A program made the translations under genes and the position numbers. Shown one piece after another: positions 41,287 through 55,989 of a DNA stretch of 64,000 nt (position 1 is its first letter; each line of letters starts with the position of its first letter). Where the stretch lies: assembly GCA_964016885.1 (NCBI GenBank), contig OZ024742.1:99014001-99078000 (forward strand), in the 5' to 3' direction. Source of the DNA: Eledone cirrhosa. Lineage: Eukaryota. The notes under the pieces are model-generated. The model did no database searches and had not been told where the DNA came from. It worked only from the letters and a program-made list of their open reading frames with translations.

Positions 41287-42065
41287 ATGTTGAAAAGGTA
41301 ACACACCAGAGAGAGATATATAGTGCGTTATCAATAATACAGTTTAAAAACCACCAGTGTATGGAATCTATAACTATGAAAGGCAGACTATAGACACGAT
41401 AATTAAAAATATAAATTAAAGCGTAAATAAATACCTCTATAACTATATAACACACGTACAAATCCAAAGATATGTTTCACCAAAAATGTGTCGTAAGAAA
41501 TGTCTAGTCTCGGTTGATAAGCGTGTGTAAGGCCATACATTTTAGACAACACTATCTCTTCAACATATTGTATTTTAAAGAGCTAGGATCTCTTCTCCTT
41601 TGAGCACATTATTTACAGGGAATAGCGAGGGCCTATGCCTCCGTTTTATCGTGATATATACATATATAGTTAGATAGCTTGATAGATATATGTCACGTGT
41701 TGTGGTGTATTATGTGTATGTACGAAGATTTACTGTGAGCCTCTTTTTTATATGTATGTATGTATGTATATGGTGTTGATTCTGTATGTATATTAATGTT
41801 TGCGAATATTTGTCGTTTGTTTGATACTCGCGTACCGTCTTTCTCTGCTGTTGCTTCAAAATGAAATCCTATTTCGAAAATTTAAATGCAATTATGAATT
41901 CTTGAAATGAATTATTTTTGTTTTGGGCGAAACGTGCGTGTATCTTCGTGTGCTTTTGTACATGTGTGTAGTTATATTTTCAGTGTCCCTAGATTTTATG
42001 TACATGTTACTAAATATATATATATATATATATGTGTATGTGTGTGTTTGCGTGTGTGCGTATGC

Positions 42066-42137
<72 letters not shown>

Positions 42138-42438
42138 GTGGAATAAGGGTTAATAATGGAAATATACATGTATACCTGCAGGATGAATCAATTCGTGTGA
42201 TGTCGTCCATATTGCCAATGTTTTTAAAAACAGAAAATACAGACATATTACATGAATCCAGATAAATCCAGATTGCCATATTGCACATAAGCATTGTTAT
42301 TTTGACAGTATAGAATCTGTTCCGTTAAATATATTGCGACAAATTTCAATCTTGGTCTCTTTCTGTTTCATCACCTACCACCACACATTCACATACGCAC
42401 GAAGGCACTTGCGCAGAAACATGTACAAACATATATAT

Positions 42439-42486
<48 letters not shown>

Positions 42487-42829
42487 ATATATAAAAACAT
42501 ATACATATATATTATCATATACATGTATATGCAAACATTTATGTACATATATAATTTAAATAGGCACATAGGTGTATGTGCACGCGTGTTGTTAGAAAGA
42601 GCATTATGTTTCAAATATAAAATTACAAAAAGAGTAATTCTAATATCATCACCGTGCGTCATGTCTTATAAATATTGTGTATATGTGTAGCGCCATTACT
42701 CCATGTCTATTAAACAATAATCTATTCTGGATATTAATAAAACAAACAATTATATAGTTATATAACTGAATAATTAATCATAAAAATGCATTAGTAAATA
42801 TATGTATATATATACACGCACACACGTAT

Positions 42830-42862
<33 letters not shown>

Positions 42863-42993
42863 CACATATGCATAAATATATATGCGTATAGATACATACA
42901 CGCACACACACGTATATATATATATATATACACACACACAAACATATATATATATATATATTTATAATATATATAAATATATTTGTTTATATA

Positions 42994-43052
<59 letters not shown>

Positions 43053-43106
43053 GTATATATCCATAGATATATTTACATATATATATTTATATATATATAT
43101 ATACGC

Positions 43107-43205
<99 letters not shown>

Positions 43206-43551
43206 CATATATTATATACATACAATTTCATTTTCAAAAAATTACTTCATACAATACCTAACAGTAAATTTTCGTATCTAACGTTTCACTAATATAATGG
43301 TTATTTGCATGTTTATGTTCAATTTCAATTGAAATTTATCGCCAGATTTATATAATTGGCTCATTTTACAGAAATTACCAGTAAGAAAATATTCTCCCAA
43401 ATATGATTGGTCTGTAAATAGCTTCCACGATCGTTTTTGTAACAAACACATTTTGCATTCTGATGAAAATGAATAATACATAGTCATCTTAAAACATGTG
43501 CATTCTTATATGTTTCTATCCAAATGCTTATGCGCGTATTATTTTATATGA

Positions 43552-43617
<66 letters not shown>

Positions 43618-43619
<2 letters not shown>

Positions 43620-43920
43620 GAATAATCGAGTATCGAAAAATCGGCACACGAGTTCACGATAAACAAATTCGACATGAGTGGCGGAGGGCTCAATAATTCA
43701 GATAAATCAGAGCTATAACTATCGTTAAAATACCAACACACAAAGATTATGTCGAAAATCACCCATACGACCGAAAAATTACGATCAGAAAGATTCGGGT
43801 CACTCAGATAAAATATCAATAAATCAATAAATCATATGAATGTAAAAAGCTTACCCGGACCCACTAGAAAGATGGTAAATCTAGCTTCTTGGGTTTCTGT
43901 AATTCCTTAATCCGCCCCCT
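43618..43920 (-). mobile_element. 5'-truncated element with HHR 3' half, between (TA)n tracts
   Basis: Minus strand ~43850-43896: GAAA ccca-agaag-ctag...ctag-tggg TC cggg (GUC triplet); no CUGANGA upstream. Confidence 0.5.
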
Positions 43921-43956
43921 AATATATATATATATATAGTTTCATATAAAATATAA

Positions 43957-43996
<40 letters not shown>

Positions 43997-44011
43997 TCAT
44001 ATAAAATATAA

Positions 44012-44067
<56 letters not shown>

Positions 44068-46389
44068 GACGTAATATAAGAACATTTTTAAAAAATTCAA
44101 AATTAACTTACTTACTAAAATGTTCACTCCAACTAATTAGTTTCTGTAATGGGATAAAGATATATATATATATATATATATATATACCTATTTCGTCTTT
44201 TTTCTCTGCCTGCCCACCTATCTAATTTGGTCTTTCCTTCCATTAACACTGTTGCTGGTTTTGCCTACAGAAAAACTGACATTGTGTGGCATAGACGTAA
44301 ACCACTGCTCTCTTATTCCACTATTCCAGTGTCAGAACAACAGAAATTCCGGTTATGTCGCACGGGCTAGCATGATCCTTCCTTTTTACCGCAAGAAAAT
44401 AATGATGCTATACAAAGAAGCTGATGAATTTATATGACGCTAAAGTTTATTTTTTTTAGTTTAATTTCTCAATCATATTTCATTTATTTATTGTAGTTCT
44501 CCAAATGTTCTGCTCCATCTATCCCATTCCCGCTTTTCTTTTGTCTTCTTTTCTCCCTCTCTATATTCAACCTCATTTCTCATCTCATGCTTTAGATTTT
44601 CTTTCTTTCTCTCCCTCTCTCCGTTTTATATGTGGTTATATTTTAACTCGAATGTTTCCTATACATATAGAATTCAGCTAGTAACGCTACAATTTTATGA
44701 AAGTTCATATACACTCATCGCTTCAGACCTTTTCAATTAATGTTTATATATATATATATATATATATAAACTTGCAGAGGTCAGCCGTGTCTTTTTTCTC
44801 GTCCGCACAATCTGGAACATATATTCAGTAATTGCCGTGGACTTTAATTTTCTCTCTTCGAGATGCTCATACACACTTTGGTTTGTTATTTCCCGTTTTT
44901 TTTTCGCTGTTCTTTTCCTTTCTTTTTTTCTTCCCTTTTCCCTTCTGTTATACTATATTTACTTTCTCCCCCTCCTTTGTTTCCCTAATAACTTACCTTA
45001 GTTATTGAACGCACTGGAGCGAGATCGTCTTTAATGCGTAGAAATATGCCAAACACCTAGCAGACAACTGATGAAGGAAAACTTTCTTCTTATTTTTAAG
45101 TATATATATATATATATATATAGGAACGAGTAGGACCCCGACGGCTGAGCTCAAGCCGTTTCGACGGCTAATTCCGGAGTCCAGAATTAGCCGTCGAAAC
45201 GGCTTGAGCTCAGCCGTCGGGGTCCTACTCGTTCCTATTACCCACTCTACTACCCTAAGTATTGAGTACTTTGATGCGTTATGGTCCATCTGGTTCCTTA
45301 CCACATTTCCTTCGTTATATATATATATATATATATATATATTCATACTTATATATTTATGCGTGAATATGTATGTCTGCATATGTGTGAAAGCATGGTG
45401 TTTCGTCAATTTTGACGATGAACATTTAGTCACCAGAACACAATCTGACTCTTTAATTGCTGTGTACATAATTTAATATCCTTTAGTCACTTGTCTGAAT
45501 AATTTCATTCTTGCAGACAACCAGCATTATATAATGTGTGGCAAGGCCATTTCATTGAAAGAGAGGTAAATTCTTCCGATGAGTGTACCCACAGTTTCAG
45601 TCTATCCAATTTCATTAACAAGGCCTGGTATGTTCCGTTGTCATGATTAGACACTTCCACAATAAGCTGCGAAATTGCTGACTCTTCAGTCTTGTGGAAG
45701 AATTTCATATAAACATAAACAAAATTTCCTAGCTATTAACAGAGTGTGGTTATAATACCATATCCTTCCTTAGACTAATCATATCCCGATATTCAAGAAT
45801 CTAGGTCATTGAAGATTCCTTCACCTTTCTACAGAGCAAAGGCAATGACAGCTAATCCACTCTCTATCACCTCACCAGCGTCATATACAAAGAGTTTTCA
45901 AAGAATTGAAACCGATACTAATGAGAGCATTGAATTTTACAGTAATACGACTGCTTATAATATTGTATTATACAAGCTAACTGGGGAATCCCTAAATAGC
46001 AGGTGAATCTACTATGAAAAGACACCATATCTCCTTCAAATCATATTTGACACAAAAATGAAGGCACAATGATTTATATTGTGATAGATATTCAATTTCT
46101 GGAAGTAACAAAGCATAAATTGAATGGGCACAGCTAAAATGACCTTCGAGTTAAGCCTACTAGATCTCGTTTTCGTCTAGCCGACAACAACGACATCAAC
46201 ACTAAAGAGAACAAACATAACAATATGTATGGAAATAATAACTACAACTATGATATAAACTAAAAGAAAGAGAAGATTAACAACAAGAAGTACGATAATA
46301 AGTAATTTAACAATGAGAACAACAACGGGAACAACAACAACAACAATGAGAACAAGAACGAGAATAATAATGAAAATAAGAACAACAAC

Positions 46390-47060
46390 AACAACGAGAA
46401 CTACAATTACAGCAATGAGAACTACAATAACAGCAACGAGAACTACAATAACAGCAACGAGAACTACAATAACAACAGCGAGAACTACAATAACAACAAC
46501 GAGAACTACAATGACAACAACGAGAACTACAATAGCAACAACGAGAACTACAATAACAACAACGAGAACTACAATACAACAACGAGAACTACAATGACAA
46601 CAACGAGAACTACAATAGCAACAACGAGAACTACAATAACAACAACGAGAACTATAATGACAACAACGAGAACTACAATAGCAACAACGAGAACTACAAT
46701 AACAACAACGAGAACTATAATGACAACAACGAGAACTACAATGACAACAACGAGAACTACAATAGCAACAACGAGAACTACAATAACAACAACGAGAACT
46801 ACAATAACAACAACGAGAACTACAATAACAACAACGAGAACTACAATAGCAACAACGAGAACTACAATAACAACAACGAGAACTACAATGACAACAACGA
46901 GAAACGAGAACTACAATAACAACAACGAGAACTACAATAACAACAACGAGAACTACAATAACAACAACGAGAACTACAATGACAACAACGAGAACTACAA
47001 TAGCAACAACGAGAACTACAATAACAACAACGAGAACTACAATAACAGCAACGAGATCTA
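46390..47060. repeat. 21 bp minisatellite (aacaacgagaactacaataac)n inside an (AAC)-rich tract at 46180-47215
   Basis: About 30 visible tandem units. Confidence 0.95.
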
Positions 47061-47224
47061 CAATAACAACAACGACAAGAACAAGAACAAGAACAACTAC
47101 AACGAGAACAGCAACAACAAAAAACACGAGTAAATGCGACAACAATAACGGGAACAACAAAAACGACATCAATAGCGAGAACATCAAAACTATGAAAATA
47201 ACAAGAACAACAGCAGTACATTCT

Positions 47225-48200
47225 GTGCAAGAGACTAGATACTAACCCATGGCAGTGTGGGAGACTATCTGACTGTTAAAATGACAAGTCAGTCAATCAT
47301 ATGGGTAGCCTCCCCACAGCCCCGGCGGACAGAATGGAGAAGGCGTTTCCCCGGAGGACGGCAAGGGAGACGCGTTGGAAAAGCCATTCCAGCTGGCGAG
47401 GTTCACACCTTCGGCTGGCCAGCTCAGCACCTATGGTGGTGAGTAGGGACGCAGCCCTAGGGTCGAGGACACTAGAAGTCTGCACTGCCAAGGATAAAAC
47501 GCAAACCTGTCGGAGAGCGACCGGTATTTGAAGAGATCGGCCTCCTCAGCCCGACGTGCAGCAGAACCTGTGTTAGTCACAGATTGCACCAGGTGGCGGC
47601 TGGAGAAAGTGTCGGTGCACGTGGCATCCCAGACAAGGGCTTTGTCACCACGGCACGGGAAGACGGTCATGCCATCTGGCCTTTTGCCGTCCCCTCGGTC
47701 CAGCCCCACCGGCTCGAGCTGGGAAGGGAAGCCTGCAGCGCCCAAGCCATGCTTTATGACCTCGTTGAGAGCAGCATGACGAGGAAGGCGGCCGGAAGAT
47801 CCGGAGGTCAAGCCTCAAGGAAACGTCGATGCGCAGGCTATTGTTATCCAGCTGCGTGAGCCTGACTGAAGGCAGGCTGCACTGAATGGCATCCCAAATG
47901 CATTGGGGGGGGGGGGACTTGACGTCAGCAGGGGGAGAAGGAGGAGGATCGTCTACTGGGCTATATCCCAGCCGTTCCCACGTCTGAAAGGTGGCCTCAT
48001 GTTTCCTGATTACGGATGGTGCCATTGTGTTTCGGAGAACCCTGCTGAATAGGACGCGGCATAAGGTTACCGACGAAAGAAACGCCGGAAAAACCACTGA
48101 AATCGGGGACTTGATCCCAAGCCGCCACACCTGACAGTTAAAGTGGCCTGTTACCATCCAATGTCGTCAAACCTGACGTTGCATATCTCCTCAGCATTAC
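47225..48200 (-). pseudogene. CRE-clade non-LTR retrotransposon 3' remnant (restriction-like endonuclease)
   Basis: RHAALNEVI..LEPVGLDRGDGKRPDGMT..LVWDATCTDT..AARRAEE..KY and LFQRVSLAVLRGNA; frameshifted. Confidence 0.85.
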
Positions 48201-48316
48201 ACTGCCACATACAATAAATGAATGTCGCCAACATTCAGTAGACATTTACATATAATCTGCTACTCAAACTCATCCTCTATAAACTGCATTTAATAATGTA
48301 TCAAATTAGTTTCGCT

Positions 48317-48355
<39 letters not shown>

Positions 48356-48940
48356 ATGTTTTTTTTGTGTGTGTATGTGTGTGTATATGTGTGTATATGT
48401 GTATGTATGTGTGACTGTGTGTGTATGTGTGTGTGTGTATATATATGTGTGAGTGTGTATGTGTATGTATGTGTGTGCATGTATGTGTGCATGTGTGTGT
48501 TTCTGTATGTGTGTGTATGTGTGTATGTATGTGTTTGTATGTATGTGTGTTTGTGTGTATATGTGTCTGTGTGTGTGTGTAATGAAGGTATGTGTTTGTG
48601 TATTAATGTGTGCGTTTGTGTATGTGTGTGTATGGATATGTGTGTTTGTGTGTATGTCTCTGTTTGTATGGGTGCATGTGTGTGTGTATGTGTGTGTGTG
48701 TGGATGTGTGTGTGTGAGGAAAAGTAAAGGTATATATTTATTGCGGCATTATCACGGCATTGTAACAGATAACAACAAGAAGGATAAAATAATATATGGT
48801 ATATTGTAAGAATACGGAAAAATGTCGGAGACGATGAAGGAGGGAGTAGAAAGCAGGAGAGGGGTAAACCGAGGTGGGAGTAAATATAAGAAGCGGAATG
48901 AAAAAGAGAAGCGAGAGAAAAGCACGTGGATGAGAGTGAG

Positions 48941-49160
48941 GAAGAAGAAGAAGAAGAAGAAGAAGAAGAAGAAGAAGAAGAAGAAGAAGAAGAAGAAGAA
49001 GAACAACAACAACAACAACAACAGCAACAACAACAACAACAACAACAAGCACCAGAAGAAGAAGACGACGACGAAGAAAACGAAGAAGAAGAAGAAGAAG
49101 AAGAAGAAGAAGAAGAAGAAGAAGAAGAAGAAGAAGAAGAAGAAGAAGAAGAAGAAGAAG

Positions 49161-49201
<41 letters not shown>

Positions 49202-49226
49202 GTACAAGAAGAACAAGAAGAACAAG
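48941..49226. repeat. (GAA)n/(CAA)n compound microsatellite
   Basis: Directly visible. Confidence 0.98.
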
Positions 49227-49329
49227 TAGAAGGAAAAGAAGAAGTGAGAGAGGTATGAAAACGATTCCTTTTTTCCCATCCGCCTGACCTAGGAATGTAT
49301 ATAACTATGGAGGAACCATTGCGGTATTA

Positions 49330-49645
49330 TATCAGTCATTACTGCAATAACAAGAACATGACACGTGATATAGTGTAGAAATAATAAATGAAGAAAGACA
49401 AGAAAACTGACGTAACAGTTCACATCCACCCACTATCTACCCTAATGTCCACATGTAGCTGTTGTTAGCAATAAAATAAAAGAAATAATTCTCTACTGAT
49501 GTTTCAGTGACAATATTTTATCATCACACAACAAGATTATCACCTCTATCTTTCTGTACTTTCTTTAATCCTTTACTTATTGCCTGCCATCGACTTCAAC
49601 ATGTTCAACCACTTCAAAAGCAAATGAAATCCATCGGAATGAGCT
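49330..49645. repeat. Dispersed repeat with a diverged inverted copy at ~53563-53890
   Basis: cctgccatcgacttcaacatgttcaac vs gttgaacgtgttgaagtcgatggcagg, with colinear flanks. Confidence 0.7.
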
Positions 49646-49893
49646 TTTTACAGCAGGTATCGATATATGAATGCATATGTGAATATATAGGCGCACACAC
49701 ACACAAACAAGCATACACATATATAACTATATATATATATATGCGCGCGTGTGTGTGTGTGTGTGTTTATGTATGTACGTATGCAAGTATAACAACGTAT
49801 TTTTGCTATAGAGTAAAGAACCGGAACACACTCAGACACACACACACATATATATGTGCATATATCTAAATATATATATATAATATATATATA

Positions 49894-49982
<89 letters not shown>

Positions 49983-49983
49983 T

Positions 49984-50018
<35 letters not shown>

Positions 50019-50024
50019 ATATAT

Positions 50025-50157
<133 letters not shown>

Positions 50158-50701
50158 TATATATATGCACATATATATAATAATATATATATGCATATAT
50201 ATATATGTACATATATATATATGTACTATGCTAAACTACATGTGTTGATGTGTTCGTACGTGTGCATGTATCCAATAAAAACCAAACTAGATAAGAGCTT
50301 CAAGAAAATAAATAATACGTTATGGCTGTAAATATAATCACCATAATAGTACAACAAGGACCAAAATTGGAATATATCTGTAAGTATCTGTATCGTAAGA
50401 AACTATCAGCTCCATTGAGGGACACAATGAAAGGTATATGATACAAAACTAATCAAAAAGAATGCAGAAAGAACATAAGAATGTGAAGCAGAGACTCGTG
50501 TAATATGGTGACTGGATAAAAAAGTTAGAAAGTTTCTTGTCTTATACGTTTATTGCTTTTGTATAATGATACTGGTATTTGCATGAGTTAACTTAAGCAC
50601 TTCAAAAGGCATGCACGCATATATAATTGTATCCAGACCATATCCGTTTCACATTTATTTACATACACGCATATATACGCACAGAGATAAATGGATGTAT
50701 G

Positions 50702-50740
<39 letters not shown>

Positions 50741-50745
<5 letters not shown>

Positions 50746-51079
50746 GTATAAATATTTCGTATCTCAAAAGAAATACGGTTTTAGGAAGCCTTTGCTATGC
50801 AAACACCGGGGGGCTAACGCCCTCCGGTGATGTCCAGCAGAAGCAAGGGGGACAACCGTCTATGCATTTCAGGCTTAACTGATCTTCGCCAGGACGGTTG
50901 CGACTGCTGGACTAGAAGACAGCCGAGAATATATACTTTTCTCGTCTGTGTAAATGAGGTGATTAATCTCATTTGCATATGAAGCTGCATAAATTGGCTC
51001 AACTTTTAATAAAAAAGAAATAGGATTTCGCTTCAAGCATAGCTTTATACAATATGTATAAATATTTCTTATCTCAAAA
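50741..51079 (-). mobile_element. 310 bp highly structured retrozyme-like monomer with 29 bp terminal redundancy; HHR at 50853-50900
   Basis: Minus strand: caaccgtc CTGGCGA ag...ct GAAA tgca TA gacggttg; four further stems; direct repeats 50741-50769 and 51051-51079. Confidence 0.7.
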
Positions 51080-51259
51080 ATAACCATACTGCATCCGGGT
51101 TAAGAAGGGGCGTGTCCATGCCTTAAGCAGAGGAGCCTGTTCGAAAAACATGATTTTCGATCTTCATTTCATGCCTCAAAAATTGGGGATAGGTCTGCGA
51201 TATGTACTGGGAGGCGTGGGATGGACGTACAAAGATTGTGTCCCGAAACACCAAAAAGG

Positions 51260-53150
51260 ATCAACTGACAATTGGTACCTGGAACATCACAACTGTTAGA
51301 GGTAAACAGCAGAAACTAGTGAAGGAGGATAGATGATGCGGGCTAGATATATTCAGGGATTCCTCAAAAAAGTTCCGTGGTTCTGATACTGTTGATTTGG
51401 ATGGAGGATGGAAACACCACAATTAAGCTGTGGCACAGAAATGTGTGCACTCACTAGCCCCGGCTGTCAGAATGTGTTATCTACGCTATCCAATGAGGAG
51501 GGAGGATATGCCCCATGAAGCTTAAGCTGAAAGATAGGTCTCTATAGATGGAGCATGTTTAATCAAGCCAGACACGGAGTCCGAATAATGATCCTTCCTT
51601 CATGAAGTCACTGTAGCGTTAGCGGCTGTTAAGACCGAGCCATATAACCTGATGGGAGACTATAATGCACATGTTGGCACAGATAAACTGACAGAGAAAG
51701 GAGTGATTGGAAGGAATGCAGAACATAATCTGAATGCGGAAGGAGAGACCATATTAGACTTCTATTCTAGCAATGGACTATCTATGATGAACTCTTATTT
51801 CCAGCATTAGGCATTCATAAACGTACATGATAAACAAGAGAAGGGATGATCTGTCAACAGATCACCATTTAGTTATCTGCAACTTGAAAATTTGTGAAGC
51901 CAAAACAGCCCACAAAACTGACAGGTCTACAGTGACCTACAAACATTGGTGGATAAGAAAGCATTGGGAAGCATTGGTGGATAAGAAAGTCAGGACAAGG
52001 TATGCATCCAAATTCTGAGAAATCCCTGATCAAACTGACGACGTTGAGACAGAGTGGAGGTTGTTCAGCTCAGTAATTTCTGTTTCAGCTGTTAAAAGCT
52101 TGCAGGCGAAAGAGGCTTGATGCGGTGCTGGATGGCAGGAGGGCCCCTTTTTTTCAATCAAAAGGGCAAAAGTGCCATCCGAGCAAAGAAGGAGGCCTAC
52201 AAAGCTTGGTTTGGTAATAAGTCCTCCTTCTTGCACTTGTTGTTCAAGCAGGCACTGAAAATCGCAGCAGAGACAGTTAAAGCGTCCAAAGATAAGACAT
52301 GGGAGGACTTTGAGTTTAAGCTGGAATCCGACTTCAGACTAGCAAATAAATTGTTCTGGCAAACCATCCACCGACTTCGGAATAAAAAGCCCACATCACA
52401 CCTACTATCAAGAACGCATCTGGTGTTCTCTCTCCAGAGAGGAGCATCCTCGCGAGATGGAGAGAATATTTTTGGTGATCTCTTAAACCCCATCACAACA
52501 GCATTTTATTATATACAATGGTGCATCTTGGAGATGTGACTGATCTCTCAGAGGCTGAGCTCACAAGAGCAATCACAGAGCTCAAATGTGACAAAGCCGT
52601 TGGAGAAGATGAAATCCGGCCCGAGATGTCAAATGTCGTAAATAGAAAAAGTATTGCCTGACTCATTCGTACCGAGTGGCCTGGATCTCTGGCAATACAC
52701 CTAAGCAATGGCAATCGGGAATGATAATCTCAATTTTCAGAAAGGGAGACAAGAGATATTTTTCCAAATACAGAAGCCTCCCACGTAATGTTTATGCTAA
52801 GTGTCTGGCAAATAGATGAAGCGAAATTGTCGTATCCAGCGTTTCTCTCCCCAGACGCACCAGAGCCGACCACATATTCACACTGCTGCAAGTATTCGAT
52901 AAATCGTGGGTGTTTTGCCAAGAGGTATATTCTTGTTTTGTCGACGTTGAAAAGGCATATGACGACATTCCACGGGACCTGCTGTGGAAGGTTCTGCAGG
53001 ACTATGTCGTCGATGGTCAGCTGCTTGCTGCCCTATACGAATGTCCGAATATTTGTGTTTGTATAAGTGGTACTAAATTGAAACCATTCAATGTGGGAAT
53101 CAGAGTCCGCCAAGGATGCGCATTGTCACCTCTACTGTTCATTACGTACA
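51260..53150 (+). pseudogene. Decayed RTE-clade LINE (APE + RT)
   Basis: IGTWNITT, MGDYNAHVG, TDHHLV, CFVDVEKAYDDIPR, RQGCALSPLLFITY; many stops. Confidence 0.85.
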
Positions 53151-55051
53151 CGCCTCCTGTGTGTGTGTAAAAGGTAAACAGAAATAACACAATCGGTACA
53201 GTACACATACACACAAGTAAGAAATGCGAGTCGTATTTCAGGACACTTAAATATACTCATAATAAATTTCCTTAAATATCCGTCGCCGCCCCCTGTACAT
53301 ACATGTCCATACATAAATATACATACATATACATATTAATACATTACAGATACATGCGTGTGTTTATATATATATATATATATATATACAGTGAGAGAGA
53401 GAGAATATGAGAGGAACAGAGAGAGAGAGAGGGAGCTAGAGTGAGTGTGGGTGTAAGAGTCATAGTCAGTGAGTGAAAGAGAATGTGAATGTGAGAGATA
53501 GAGAGTGAGGGAGTGAGACAGGAAGCAGCAATACATACAAAAGATTCAACCTGTTGAATATACCTCATTCAAATGTATTGGATTTCATTTCCTTTTGAAG
53601 TTGTTGAACGTGTTGAAGTCGATGGCAGGAATTAAATAAAGGATTAAAGAAGGAAAGTATAAAAAGATGCAAATGATAATCTTTTTTGTGTGATGATAAA
53701 ACCTTGTCACCGAAACATCACAGGATTATTCCTTCTTTTATGTTATTGCTAACAATTGGACGGTAGGGGAGATACCTGGGTGGGGAGGATTTGAACTCTT
53801 ACGTTAGTTATCTTGTCTTTTATTCCTACCGTTATTATTTCTACCCTATATCACATGATGTGTAGTTGTTGTTGCCAATGACTATTATAATACAATGTGG
53901 TTACAACAATACATGTACATACATATACATAAGATATCTAGGTAGGAAGATATAGGTGGATTTAATGCGCTTCTCCCTCCTCTTCTTTCTCCTTCCTATT
54001 CCTTCTGAGATGTTTTCGCTTTCTGCTTTCTCCCTTCTTGCCCTTTACTTTTCACTTTCTTCTCATTCTTCGTCTTCTTTTATTGTTGCAATATATCATA
54101 TATCATGTTATTGTTACTGTGATGTTTATTGTTGTCGCGCAGTATTATGCTGCAGAATTAAATAACCAGTCAAACACACAGCCGTGAAACTAATCCTTTT
54201 GTAATATAAAAACAAGACTTTTATATATATAATTACTCATTATGTCTCCAGCCAACAATTGGGTTTATATGGAGTTAATTGATCTGCTGAATAAAGCATC
54301 CAGTGCTTTTTAAACAATAACATATCATTTCTACAATATTGGACGCTGACATGGCTGCGTGGTTAAGAAGACTCGCAAACCTGCGACTTTTACATGTCAC
54401 TCAAATTCAGTCTACCAACACATGCGGTTGATCTTACGCTGGATTTTCGTAACGCCAAACCAGGTTAATTTATGATATCAGGTTATTTATGATATCAGAT
54501 TTGGTTGCCTTTACGGTGGACTCATTGAACGACGCATGAAACCGAACCCAGCTCCTCCGGCCTTTGTCCAAACAGTTCCATAATAGAACATAGAAAACAA
54601 GCGACGAAATTAAAAGTATTATTTAGTATTGTTCGTTATATGCGGCAAATGACGTAGTAAAAGGTCCGCAAGTATTGAGGGAGTCGCAGTGGTGTCGTGC
54701 TGATACACGGCGAAGGTTGGGCATTTAAAACCTGGCGGAGGCCATCAATATCCAGGTAGTATCACAGCTAACTTCTACAAGAAAAATAAAGAGAGTGGGC
54801 GCAAGAGCGGGAGGGAGAAAGGAGACAGGAAATGAAAGAAAGATGGAGAAGAATAGACCTCAGTACTTGATTAACACTTTATTGGTAAACTGCGAAAAAG
54901 AAAAGACACAAGTGACTTCAGTGCAACTTGAAATCTGAGCGCAGCTAGCCGGAACAAATTCACAACCACTTTTACTCCAACGCCTTTATGTATTTATGTA
55001 TGGAAATAGGACTTTATCAATGTTTACATCATAAATATTTTATCTATGTAA

Positions 55052-55210
55052 GGCAGTTATTGCTGGGTGCTTAAGCAGTTCATTTGACAATCACGAGGCA
55101 CTTGATTGGATCCCACTGCGTCACATCTGGGGCAAGGGACTTGTTCATAACCTTATGTCAACATAAACCTTGTGAGTACATCGGGTAGACAGAAACAGTG
55201 TGGAACCATA
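55052..55210 (+). mobile_element. Diverged tRNA-derived SINE (second family)
   Basis: atcccactgcgtcacatctggggcaag ... ccttgtgagt...ggtagacagaaac resembles a common octopus SINE as I recall it; not searched. Confidence 0.5.
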
Positions 55211-55909
55211 TCGGATGGATTATAACAGTAATCTAAATGTCCAACCTTATCACAAATTATGTCTGAGAATTATATCAAAAGCGCATGCGTGTTTAGAAAA
55301 TGCAAATACATACACTTAATTCATAAGTTGGGTCGATTTGATCAACATATTGAATATTCATCGTCGAAAGCGATGACAGACCGACGCGCAGTGCTTATAT
55401 TAATTTGGAATATGAAATAATATACATTTATGTAGAGAACGTATGCAGAACAGCATTAGCTTGCTAGTAGCATCGTCGTTGAAGTATATAGTGTGTAATT
55501 TAAGAAAGGTGTAGTAGCTCTATCTAGCATTTAAATGCTTCTACACAATTCAGTCTGTATATATACATATTCACTTCTTCCATCGTCCCACACCGTGCGA
55601 AATACTTTCCTCGCTTACTTTTTCACGGTTAAGATGTGTCTTTCGTCTTCTCGTCAATATTCGAAACTTCTTATGTTCAAATGAATCATTGACTTGTTTT
55701 TCTCATTTTTTTCCTCTCTTTACGTTGCCTCACCATTCGTGTTTGTTTACATGTCTCTCATTCTCAAACCAATTCTTTTTATCCCAATAACTTATTTTAG
55801 CTATTATTCACGCTAGTCTTAGGTATCTGGTCTTTAATGCAAATAAATACCTATGATGGCTAGTAGACCACTGATGATGGATAGTCCTGGCTTCTATTTC
55901 TAATTCTTC

Positions 55910-55984
<75 letters not shown>

Positions 55985-55989
<5 letters not shown>

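Noticed and set aside
45480-46020. Complex non-repetitive stretch, possible exon or decayed transposase
   Set aside because: Only short ORFs and no convincing motif; BLASTx would be needed.
46177-47187. 336 aa Val/Cys-rich ORF, or a CRISPR-like array
   Set aside because: A 21 bp minisatellite with no unique spacers, in a eukaryotic context.
48926-49258. Poly-E/poly-Q ORF
   Set aside because: Trinucleotide microsatellite with no splice or domain support.
51080-51140. Possible twister ribozyme ahead of the decayed RTE
   Set aside because: Lacks the P4 loop and pseudoknot pairings of the twister consensus.
55868-55892. Isolated CTGATGA motifs (also ~36510, 44421, 45068, and degenerate ones at ~6690-6730 and 53690)
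   Set aside because: No properly placed GAAA/stem III/UH; at most decayed remnants.
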